From Schmidtea polychroa (lineage: Eukaryota): a stretch of DNA of 64,000 bases. A program made the position numbers and the translations under genes. The DNA is taken from NCBI GenBank assembly GCA_044892525.1, contig CM097885.1, forward strand, positions 34,536,001 to 34,600,000, given 5' to 3'. The notes under the pieces were generated by a model. That model was not told the DNA's origin. It ran no database searches and saw only the letters and a program-made list of their open reading frames with translations. This document shows positions 11,832 through 23,757 of the stretch, piece after piece (the first letter of the stretch is position 1; each line of letters starts with the position of its first letter).

Positions 11832-11911
11832 AAAAAAAACTAACCACAGTTAGGATTTGAACCACTATCCATTTGAACCACTGTGTCAGTCTAGCCCACT
11901 GCGCTATCGGG
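11832..11911 (-). ncRNA. tRNA-like / Pol III type-2 promoter unit (not a canonical tRNA)
   Basis: Minus strand has A box TAGCGCAGTGG, B box GGTTCAAATCC (AGTGGTTCAAAT occurs twice) and an oligo-T run just downstream. I could not fold a clean cloverleaf. Confidence 0.5.
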
Positions 11912-11950
11912 CTTTGGATTTTTGTCATTTTTTAAATTTTTATTATAAAA

Positions 11951-13242
11951 ATGAATAATATAAATCTTAAAATTCAAGAAAAAAATTAATTAAATCTTGA
12001 TTATAATAAAGAATTTACTCAGGAAATCAAGAAAAATGATATTTTAAAAATCTCCCCAACTTCAGGATCTATTGCAAACTTAAATCGTAGGGGTGATATA
12101 GTTTTTCAATCTCTTCAAACATCAAACCCAATAGATATTTGTAATGCCAAATTATATTACAAAGTAGAATTAGAAATTGAAGCAAACAAAGATATAACCC
12201 TAGAAAATAATTTCTTTCCAAATTTATTCTCCAATATGAGATTAAAACTAGGATCATCAGAAATTGAAACTGTTTTACATCCGGGAGTATATTCTACAAT
12301 GTTAAATTTTATTTTGACTGGTTGTGATTATAAAAATGAATATGGTGAATTAATGGGTTGGATTCCTGATACTAATAAAGGAGATTTAGATAAAGATGGT
12401 TTAGATATAAATTATGGTTATTATAAAAGAGCTGAACTTTATAAATCTAAAAAATTTGAAGGTTATTTTGAATTAAAACACTTGTTTGGATTCCTTCAAA
12501 ACTATAATCGTATACTTCATAATGTTTTTATAGAATTCATCTGTAATAGACTAGTAGGTGATAAAAGATTGTTCTATGGAGACAAGGATACAACAGCTAA
12601 ATTAAAATTATCAACACTTGAATTGCATATACCTGAATGGACATTAAATCCACATCTGAGATTAAACTCCTTGAAAGATTAAATTCCAACAAATCTATAA
12701 ATGTAAATTATTTAAATACAATCTGTAGTGAATTTAGTATGACAGAGGGTTCAACATATTCTATAAAGGTAGCAAATTTAGCATACCGACCAAGATATAT
12801 CTTGATTGGATTCAAAGAAGTAGATTCATCTTTCCAAAAAAATAACAATCTATTTATTCAAAAGATTGGAGATGATAATTTAAAAACAATCCAAATTCAA
12901 TTAAATAGTTCTTATTATCCAATAAATAGAATGGAATTTAATATTGAAAATAATGAAAACATATTCCCATATCTAAATTATATTGAAACATGTTATGATT
13001 TCAAAGTTGAACCACAATTAATTTTAGAAGATTTCAAAAATTTATATTCTATATTTTGTATACATGTATCAGATCAAGATGATAGATTAGCCATAAATAA
13101 TGTTGATGTTACACTTCATGTAACAAAGGATTCTAATTTCAAAGCTAAAGTATATACATTAATATTAGAAGAAAAGAAAATAGAAATGAAATTATATGGT
13201 GGAAAGATTTCAATTATTGAAAATGTTAGGGGAGATTCTTAA
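11951..13242 (+). pseudogene. Polinton/adintovirus-like double-jelly-roll major capsid protein, ~430 codons, disrupted
   Basis: The frame of ORF 12236 extends upstream to ATG 11951 with one TAA at 11987. A 1-nt frameshift near 12652 joins ORF 12637. Motifs: LENNFFPNLFSNMRLKLG..IE...PG..STM; GW; LKHLFGF..NY; RPRYILIGF; IQLNSSYYP. Confidence 0.85.
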
Positions 13243-13259
13243 TATTTTAACATTTTAAA

Positions 13260-14711
13260 ATGTCTCTAAATAAACCGTATTGGAGATGTGAAACTTGTAA
13301 TTGTCAAGTTACAAAACATCACAAGGCAAATCATTTAAAAACTAAAAAACACATACTTGGATCAAATACTAATTCTTGGTTAGAACCCAATCCTTCAAGT
13401 AGATTTGCTTTTGAGAATCAACTCTTTGAAGGAGGTGATCTACAATCTTCAAAAACAACATCTTCAATATTAAAACCTTTTACTACAGAAAAATATCCAG
13501 GTGAAAGACATTTATTTAAACACAACTATACTGGACCAGGAACAAGGTTAGATATTAGATTAGATGAAAATAATAATCCTAAACAAGGAGAAGAACCAAT
13601 AAATAGAATTGATCAAGCAGCTTTAAAACATGATATTGCTTACAATTCAACAAATCTTAGAGATAGACATGTTGCAGATGTGAATTTAATACATGATTTA
13701 AATAATATACAAAATCCATCAACTCAAGAAAAGATTCAAAGAGCTCTAGTTAAATTAGCAATGAAAGGTAAGATTTTCATAGGCTTAGGACTTCCCCCTA
13801 GGAAAGCAAAAGATGTTGCTAATAAAAAGATTATTGAACAAGCAGACGCTGAAAGATCCCTCGAGAATATATCCAAGACTAATTCTATAAATTTACAAAC
13901 CCCAACAGAATCACAAATAAAATATGCTAATGAATTACACTATGAATTTAGAAAAAATAAAAAATATTTAAAAGTTCAAGTACATGAAAAAGATCAAACA
14001 TGGTCTGCAGATTTAGTCTTTATGCCAACCAAATCATCAGACCCCGAAAAATATAAAATAATTTTAACTGTAATGGATTTATATACAAGATTTGCCTTTG
14101 CAAGGTGTTTAGAAAATAAAACAGGATATTCTGTTACAGAAGCATTTGAAAATATATTTGAACAACATCAAAGAATTCCAAAATATTTATGGTGTGACAA
14201 AGGAACAGAATTTTATAACAAAGTTTTTACAAAGTTTTTAAATGAAAATGATATTAAATTATATTCAACAGAAAACGAAGGAGAAGCAGTCGTAGTTGAA
14301 AGATTAAATAGAACATTAAAAAATAAAATGTGGAAATATTTTACTGCTATTGGAAAACAAAAATGGAACAATGAATTGTTACAAAAGATTGTAAATGAAT
14401 ATAATAATGATGTACATAGTTCTATAAAATCAACACCTTTAAATGCTTCCTTGAATCCTTTGGAACTCATGAATCTTGAAACCATTAAAGTGGTAAATGA
14501 AAAACCAAAGTTTAAAATTGGTGATCGAGTAAGAATATTTAAATATAAAAATAAATTTGAAAAAGGATTCACAGCAAAATGGACAAATGAAATTTTTATT
14601 ATAAATAAAATACATTATACAACTCCAATAACATATAGCATCATTGATTTAAATAATGAAAAAATATTAGGTAGATTTTATAATAATGAACTACAGAAAA
14701 CAAGTTTTTAA
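13260..14711 (+). CDS. Fusion ORF: C2H2 zinc finger + VP1u-like phospholipase A2 + Polinton-type DDE integrase
   Basis: CETC..H.....H finger; HNYTGPGT..NRIDQAALKHDIAY..RHVAD (PLA2); WSADL, LTVMDLYTRFAFA, LWCDKGTEF, VVERLNRTLK, YNN..HSSIK.TP, KFKIGDRVRI..KG...KW..EIF (integrase core and SH3-like tail). Confidence 0.9.
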   Translation: MSLNKPYWRCETCNCQVTKHHKANHLKTKKHILGSNTNSWLEPNPSSRFAFENQLFEGGDLQSSKTTSSILKPFTTEKYPGERHLFKHNYTGPGTRLDIRLDENNNPKQGEEPINRIDQAALKHDIAYNSTNLRDRHVADVNLIHDLNNIQNPSTQEKIQRALVKLAMKGKIFIGLGLPPRKAKDVANKKIIEQADAERSLENISKTNSINLQTPTESQIKYANELHYEFRKNKKYLKVQVHEKDQTWSADLVFMPTKSSDPEKYKIILTVMDLYTRFAFARCLENKTGYSVTEAFENIFEQHQRIPKYLWCDKGTEFYNKVFTKFLNENDIKLYSTENEGEAVVVERLNRTLKNKMWKYFTAIGKQKWNNELLQKIVNEYNNDVHSSIKSTPLNASLNPLELMNLETIKVVNEKPKFKIGDRVRIFKYKNKFEKGFTAKWTNEIFIINKIHYTTPITYSIIDLNNEKILGRFYNNELQKTSF

Positions 14712-15031
14712 GTCGACAAGCCCTAAAACAAACTTTTCCATATTTCAGCTTCTTCTCTATCCAAATAAATATAATTATATTTTTCTTTCCAATGATTATC
14801 AACAAACATATATATCTTATCAGGTTCAACATTTGAAAATAAATCATTATATCTTTCAAACGAGTCAACATAGTCATAAGGATATATTCCTTTTGCTAAG
14901 CATGTAGAATATTCTTCTAGAGGAATATTATTTTTTTCCAAGAATTCTCGAGTGATTTTAAAATCTTCTGGTTTCATTGTTTTAGCTATTCCATCTAGAG
15001 ACATTTGAAGAAAGTTTAACGAGTCTATAAA
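14712..15031 (-). pseudogene. Polinton pPolB internal fragment (exonuclease region)
   Basis: FIDSLNFLQMSLDGIAKTM...LAKGIYPYDYVDSFERY matches the pPolB FIDS..F...SL and KG.YPY.Y.DS motifs. Confidence 0.8.
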
Positions 15032-15034
15032 TTG

Positions 15035-15290
15035 CCTGGCTTCAACATTTTTTTGCCTCTTTGGGTTTTTTCTGTTTCGAAATTCATTCCTTTAATTCTT
15101 AGTATTTCTTCGAGTGCTTTCTGGACTTCATTATGCTTGTTAGTCCTCATCTTCGTTCCTGTTACACACATGTTCAGCACGTGTATAGATGATTCGTGAG
15201 GGTTTTCGCAGTTTCTGCATTTTGTGCTTCCTAGTCTTCCTTCTTGGTTGGACTGCTTCATATTAAGGTCTAGCATGTTAGCTCTAGTAC
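15035..15290 (-). pseudogene. Fragment of an RLE-type non-LTR retrotransposon (R2/R4/NeSL-like): CCHC knuckle and start of endonuclease
   Basis: CRNCENPHESSIHVLNMC...KHNEV...E....LKP follows the CR.C...E+..H+L..C / RHN / KPD layout. Confidence 0.75.
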
Positions 15291-18200
15291 GTTGATATTA
15301 GACATCAATATTAATTATTTTTCTCATTTTAACTATATATCAACTTTGTTGAGCGCAGACAAGAAGTCATTTAGCATTGATTTAGAGTGGTTATTTTATA
15401 ATTCCAAAATCGACCGCAACTTAAAACAAGTTGGCCACCCTTGATTTAGAACATTATCAATTGGTATAGAAATTGTTATTCAGCAAAATTAGATTTAGTA
15501 AATGTGATGTTCCTTCACGTTACACGATATGGTGCTCAACTAATATTATTTGCTAGTACGAATATGTAACGCTCTAACATGGACTAATATATTAACCTTT
15601 CTGTAATTTTAGCCACCTTTGTTTTAAGAATGTCACATATGTAATGCCATTTCTTTCGATTAAAACAAGAACATGAAACAACTTTTAGATGTAAAGAAAA
15701 TTAAAATCAAGAAATAAATTTCAAAATGAGAAACATTTAGAGAGATCTAATTAAATTTTCCATATCTCGTTTATAATTTAAATGAAATCCAAATAATATT
15801 TTTTGTAAGTTGAACATCAATTAATTATGAAAGATTTGTAGTAAAACAAAATAATGTAATGTTTCCATTATTGCAGGATTATCTGGGAGATTATTTTATA
15901 TTTTGTACTTTATTTTTGTAAATAATTAATTATAATTGAAAGCTTTCTGTAGACGAAATTCAAAGCACATTACGAACAGTTTTATGCAGTTAACCCAGTA
16001 TAAATATAAATAGTTTACTATTTTTCAAATTGAAAATTGTTAGTCATTTAGTTACTGTTTTAATTTGTATTGCAACTCAAATAGAGCACATTTTTAATTA
16101 AATTTAAAAACAAAAAAAATTAATTTGAAATTATATCATTTAAAACAAAACAAAATAATTAAAATAAATATTTTTTCTCATACCAATTATTTTAATTTTT
16201 GTTTTAAATATCGGAAACAAAGTTCTTCACCGATCTGTATATATCAAGGCCGACTTAATCGATCAGTGGTGAAGAGGATAAAATATTTGACTGATATTAT
16301 AAAGCAGGTTTGAAAAATGTTCATCGAAATTTTTTTCCCATGAGTCAACCATAAATTGTGTTTAAAATAAAAAAATTATTCAAAAAAACGGTTTCTGGGA
16401 AAGCTTGGTGCAAATGGTCAATAAACAAATGATTTTTAGAGATTTAGATTTAAAATGACAGAAGTATTATAATGTGCAAAGAAAATAGTATCTATTGGTA
16501 TATAAAAGCTTCATGACAAATATGTTTTCACAATCACGAAGTAAAAAAATTTCCGTTTCAGAATTCAGAAAAGTTCATTATTTTTATCTGTTACACTATT
16601 TACAATGAACGATCTCCAATTAGTTATTTGTTAACCTGCTAACTGATTATGTCGCATATATGCGTCATTTTTAATAGATAACTGTAATGTGGTGATGTAA
16701 ATGTATTTGGATATATGATTGTCCTGTTTCCTATATTGTCCTATGTTAACTCTTATAATCATTGTGTATCAATGCATGCGTATTTGATTGATTATCTTGA
16801 TTGCCTGGATTATGTCATTGTTTATTATTTAACCAAATGATCCATGTACTATAGACACATGTCTACTTTTCATGAATATAACTTTTAAGTATTGCTATTT
16901 AATCTTATTACAAAGCGACCACGCTATCAACCAAATTTTTACAATAATATTTTACTAATAAACATATTGAATGAGAATTCAAAAACTTTGATAAAATACT
17001 AGAGAAAGTCAAAACTTTTGATTTAGACTCATGACAAGTTGGATGGTTTTACAGTAGCAGTCGTAAACAAAATGTAACAAAAGTTTAGAAATTGCTGCTA
17101 AGCCATTATCTTCAAGTCAATTAAGTAATGAATTGGCATTACGCAAAATGTATAAATGGTTTGGAGTAAAAATTCCCAAGCTTCATAGTGAAATCTGGTT
17201 TAAGTAAGAACCCATTTTTAAGAAATATAAAGATACAAATACTTAATAAACTGATAATAATAATTTTATACCTGTTTTGATAATTGAACAATATACAAAA
17301 CATGTTAAATAAAAAGGGAAATAATAATAAATAATAACAGCCATATATAAATAATTATCAAGAAAATAAATAAATAAAATTAGAAAATTTAAATAAAAAT
17401 AAAATGAATATAAATAATAATAAAAAATAATAATCAGCATAATAATTAATGAAAAAACTGTATAACGTATATTGATAAAATTAAAATAAATTAGGTTATA
17501 TGAAAATGTAAAACGTTACAATAATTACTAGAAATAAATATAGTTCAGTGAAGAATTAGAAGTTTAATGCAATATTTTATGGTTCAATGACTTTACTATG
17601 AATTTACTAATGAAATATCTACAGATCAACGGCAAAACATTCATCTCAGTGTGACATTAAAAGAAATAGGAAACATTCCCTTAGAGGAAACTTTTGTTTT
17701 CTCAACAGTGAGAAAGATTTTGACTTAAGAAATGTCAAATGCTTTCATTAAATGCCATCGGTGTGAAATTTAAAAGTCAACAGAAAATTTTCGAATAAGG
17801 AAAGAACAACAAATGAAAAAAACAAGTTTTAATTAAATTTTTGCAAAATGTTAAAGTAAAATATACACAAACGTCAAAAACGTTTTGTAGTTGCAAAAAA
17901 AATTTCTTTAAAATATAAAATTTAAAAATCGATGTCATTTGTTTTGAATTACAAAGTCTAAAATGTATTCGAACCAATCTTTCTTTTTTAATCATTTTAG
18001 GTATAATTCTGCACGGTGATGAAGGTTACCCTTGGAAATCGAGAGTTTAGTGTATTTTTTTAATTTATAAAACTTTATAATTTATAAAACAGAAACGTGT
18101 AGATTGTGGGATAAGTATATTCCATTTAAAGACTTTAAACTTTTTTATATTTTTTTATTTTTTAGAAAATAACAAATAAAAGTATTAAATAAGGAATTGC

Positions 18201-21200
18201 ACATTTTTGTCCTATAAATTTAAATTCTTAATACTTAATCATTTATAACTAATATGATCCCTTCTAATTGTAAATTATGAACACTATTTGCCCAAAGCTT
18301 GGAGATTTCGTTAAAAATTATTTGGCCTACATCACTAAAGCTTTATGCTTGTCTCATTTAAAAATCAAGGTATAAAATATAGTTAGTCGCTTTATTTATT
18401 TTTGTCCCGAAAATATATGGTGTGTATATACAAAAAATACATGTTTTCTCTGGAAATGAGCTCCAAAGTCTCTAAATTAATGTGTAGATCATGCCATAAT
18501 GTAACAACTTTTATATATTATTATGAAAGTCAGACCACTCTTATATTATAGAATTATAATCATATTGTTTAACACTTGGCAAGACTCAATGACATCATTA
18601 TCAAATGACATATTATAACAACTTTCATATATTATCAAACATAGATAAGCTTATATTATAAAATTAAAGTCCTATTCTTTAACACATGAAAGACAGTGAA
18701 CAACAGCATAAAAAATAAATATGTAGGTAAACTTAAAATACTTAGAAAATCTTTGAACTATTGATATTTTATGTAGTCAAAAATACTTGGAAAATCTTTT
18801 ATTTTATTACAGAAAAATTTTTTATAACAAGAAATCAACTATATAGCAAATTTACAAGGATATTTACAAATAAAATCTTCCCAACTCAAAAAATCTCCAA
18901 AAGTAATTTCCCAAATCTTAAAAAGTCTCCAAATTAAATTTCACAAATGTTTATGACAAATTTTTATATCAATATTTCACCACAAAATATGTTGATATAC
19001 ATCTATTAAAAAATACAAAAATTAAAATCATCAACCGCCAGCCAGCCAGCCAATCCTTCCGCCGCCGGTGCGGTAGTTTGTGAATTACCAACCCCATCTA
19101 GACTTGAGTGATAGTTTGAATATATAAAATTATTAAATCATTAGTTAAGATAAATAATTTGTTTAATAAATCATATTCTTTCATTAATAATACATCTCAA
19201 CAGCAATAATATAAAAAGACTCACATTTTATCAATTATTTATAAATGACGCAAACAACATATATGATTAACTTGTTAAATTGTCTTGTCTCGAATAAAGA
19301 AACTGATGAGGTGATTAATAATCTGCAATTCCTTATTAATCGCACAGAAAACATAGTTGAAGATAATCCTATCGAATATAACGTCATTCTCAAATTAAAG
19401 ACAATCGAACAAAAGAAAAAATTATTCAAGGGAGTATTTTATGCATTATTTTTTGACGATGAAAGTATATGGTTTCTTGTGTATGAAACATATTTTAGAG
19501 AAATCAGGCTTAGACTTTGAAAATTATTTTCAATGGTCTGTAGAAATATATTATTTTTATTAATAAATTATTGTTATCATTATTATTTGGATTAGTGAAT
19601 AAAAAATAGTGCTATTGGTTGATGTACACGGTGGATGGCCAAATATTAAAAACTAAAGAATTTATTAAAACTGATGACTGGGTTAGGAGCTGTATATACA
19701 TGTATAAGGGTGTTTTAATATTTTTCAAAAATCTTTGTTGATCCTTGTTGTTATTGTTGTATTATTACTATTATTATTATTAATGAAAACATTAACGACA
19801 ATTTTTGAGACACTTTTTCACTTGAATAAAGACATGTAAAACTTGAAAACAATCTACCATATATTCAATAACACATATTAAAATTAACACTTTAAAAGAC
19901 AGTATTGTTTTTGTACAAGATATATTAAATAAAAATCTGATTTTTAATGGTATTTATTAGAACTTTTTATGTATAATTAATGACGGGTTTAAATGTTAAG
20001 AGTTCATTAATTATGGTTTTGAATAATAACGAGTAAACCTGCACAGTGCCAGGTCCACATTGTATGCAAACGATGCGTCTCATCAGAGCACCATACGGGA
20101 AGGACGCCGAAATTATGTTGTGCAACACTATAATTTAAAAATTTAAGGACAAATGTAGTAGGCAACAGAATTTTAGAAAAACTGCTTCTTCTAAAAAAAG
20201 AAAAATTTATTTATAATAATTAGCTTTTATTATTTAATTTTTCACGATAATGAGTTATAAATAAAGCTATTTATAATGAATGTGTATTATTTATACTGAA
20301 AACTAAAATATGACATTTAATGTAATTATAATTCTAAGAACTCAAGTATTTTCTAATTACCTGTTTAGTTATTGTAATGAAAATATATTATGTCAATAAA
20401 TTCAATAATGGCGCAGAAATAATTTTTATCAGTACGTTATTAAATCTAGTGTTAGCAATTGCTTAAAAAATTATATTAAAAAAATTATAATTGAATAAAA
20501 TTTATTAAAATTTGATATTAAAATATAATTTAATGTGTTTCCATGGAAAGCCTAAAGTTTTTGTATGTACACGCCATATATATATCTTTATGACCTACGT
20601 AAATTTTTCAGTTGACCTAGATATTTTCAAGGTTGACACTTTCTCCTACTAATGTTATACATTTTTAGATACAAAGTTCAAATATTTATTTGAGAAAATT
20701 GTTTTACAGTATTTATCTTAATTGTTATAATAGTTTCATCTTGTTTTCTACAAACAATTTCAATTTTCGATATCCACCTCAAATACTCTGCTTATAGGGC
20801 CAGTAATAAAGAGTAATAATTATTGAAACCGAGTGGTAACAGAAAAATAAACGTATAAAGATTTTATATATTTATAAACTTTACTCTTAAATCTAATGTG
20901 ACATTCGTCTTCTATATCCCATCTTGATTGTTATTATAAATACTTATTAAATTTTGCTTTTTCACATAAAAAGTATGTACTACCCCAATAAAAGCACAGA
21001 TAAAAAAGGATATATTTCCAGCTACCCCATATATTTTTTACTACCTTTATTAGAATCTAGTTATAGATATTTAATTCACTATTCGATATAGATTTATCTG
21101 CGCATTTACTTTTTGTATGTGCTGTTTTTGGTGCGCCTTTATTGGTACCAACATGTATTATAAAATAAGTTTGCAACAATTTTCTTTTAAAAAAAGAATT

Positions 21201-23376
21201 ATTATTTTATTTCAACCGTATAATAAACTAATTATTCGACTTGGGGAAATTAAAATAGACCTAAACGAAGATTAGACTGTTATCTGTAAAACTCTATCGT
21301 TCAAAATGTCAGTGATATAGACACACGGTCCTCTCTTTTATATGAAATGAATAATTATTTTCAATAAATTATTCATCAGAACCTTTCACGGTTTCACCGT
21401 TCATCCAAGTAATCTAGTCTGTCAATTCAATTCCACATAGAGGCAAACACTTTCAGGATACAGGAGGAAACTGTCTTTACTTAAAAGCTTAACAAATTCT
21501 GATGTCCATTTCCTCAAATGCAAAACGAAGCACTATCTCAAAGATGTTGATGCATTTTCCAAATTTATTATACGATAAAAAGGTTGAATTCAAACCATAT
21601 TTACTTTATGACTTATGAACTTTATGACTACGAAATAATAACAATCAAATTTATCGGTTCACATGTTTTATATGCATGAAGGAGAAAATAAATTTATTCT
21701 TTCGCTAGTCTGTTAGAAATAATTAAATTTCATCTTTCTAGTACTAAAAAATATCATAAATTCTTGAAAACAATAAAAGATTTTAATGATAATTTTTATG
21801 ATCCCTTAAATATCCTTCGGTCAAAAATGGAAAATGAGAAGTCAGCCGACTGTGAAATTGATGGGAAACGAAAAACATAAATCAGAATAGAAGTTGGAGA
21901 TAATTATTAACCGAAACTCTGATTAATTATTAAGGAAAGTTCATTTTCAACCGGATTGCCTTATCTTAATTGTCACATTTGGGAAAATATCGGCATGGAA
22001 GATTGTCAACAATATATATTGAATGTCATAAACATCCCAAATATATGAGATTGTATTATCAATTAAATGGAACCAAGTTGTGGTTCATCCTAGATTGTTG
22101 GTGAAATCACATTTTCAGCATTCCTGGGTTACAATGAATATGAATCTCCATTTTAATAAAGTAATGCGAATACGAAATCTTTCCCGGTAACTCGTACAGG
22201 GTAATAAATTTAAATACGAGACAAATAATGAGTTTAGTTTAATATCAATTATTCGAATAAAAATATTTATACTGGTTATATATATTCATGTGTCCAAGTC
22301 CTTGACGTCCTTTTCTATAAATTTAAAAATATTCAAAAAAAAGTTATTTCACATACCAATTTGATCATTCTATATAAATTTTAAATATATTTTGAAAATA
22401 TGCTTTATTTCAAAAAATAAATAATTTTATAAATTTAAATTAAATTAAAATAATTAAAATAATAATTTTATAACTCGTTTAATAAATCTATTATATATAA
22501 TATTTTCTATCCTAATGATGATGACAATGGAAATTTCGAAATATATCATAAAACATATGTTTGAGAGTCGCTTTATAATAATTTATTTTATTAATACGCA
22601 CTTTCCCTGTATTGTGTACATGCAATCAGGAAGTGATTTTTTGTGTATGTCCGTTAAAAACGGTAGAAAAGGGTTTTTACCTAGATTTAGAAAAATTATT
22701 TTCAGTTTAGAGAAAATAACAAAAGAAATTCGTAAGTTTTATTCATAAAATTATTATAAATTTAATATTTTCATATATTTCAAATTAAATGCTGCCTCTA
22801 TACGAAGGTGAAGAGATGACAGCGTAAAATTTATTCATGAAATTACGAATTTTGTTTATCCAGTATTTCAGATATTACTCTTCAATGACAAACATTTTAA
22901 ATATTCTACGGTAGGAAGAAGGAATAAATTTGGGCCTCATTTACCTCTTTCGATTTCGGGGGAAATAGAAAATTGTAAGTTTTAATAATTTTAAAAAATA
23001 ATAGTTTGATAGAATTTTAGAACAAAATCCGAATAATTATAGCCATGGAAAATAGCGAAGATTACTATGAGCTTGAATCTCATATTGATATAAAATCAAA
23101 ATTCAAATCTTATAATATAAAATTTAAAATCTTAGTTGAAAGCCATTTTTTGAAATGGTTTATATATAAATAAATTAACTTAAAAACGTCATTTCCTCAT
23201 AAATGATGATTCATCTTTAATTGGTGTACACATCAACCTGTATTGTAGATATTTTTTTCGTTTCAAAACGGTGTATATTGTAGGGTCTTATTTAATGTCA
23301 AATTTGGCAATGATACACACACTTTTATTATAGGTTAGTTTTTTGATTTATTATTAAAGATGCTTGCTATTTAATG

Positions 23377-23757
23377 TCAATATTTAATGCTATCAATTGG
23401 TTTTAGTATATAATACAAGTTGGAACTTAAATCAACTTTATAAAAAGCATTATAATCTCTATCAATTGTTTCAATACCAACCATGGAATTAACAATAGTC
23501 TGATGAGAAATTCGACGTGCAGCAATTGTCTTTTGACTTTCAGCATATTGCCTGATGACTTGAGTTGATTTTAAGAAATACATATAATCTGACTAAATAG
23601 AAGAGCACTTTAAATCCAAACCCAGTTTATCTACTTCGTAATCATAAGCTGGAGCTATTCTTTCTTTGAATCTAGGAGTTTTGTTATCTTGATCTCTCAC
23701 ATGAAACCAATAAAATTTCCATAATTCGATGTGATAAGTTCGCAATGCATATTCCTT
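23377..23757 (-). pseudogene. Possible decayed cadherin-repeat exon
   Basis: A single frame with one stop contains VRDQDNKTPRF (DxxDNxPxF-like) and later TIDRD (DxD-like); weak elsewhere. Confidence 0.25.

Noticed and set aside
11844..11911. Functional tRNA gene
   Set aside because: No proper acceptor or anticodon stems could be folded; kept only as a Pol III-like unit.
22860..23100. Possible host exons (gtaagt donor near 22975)
   Set aside because: No recognisable protein similarity or consistent gene model.
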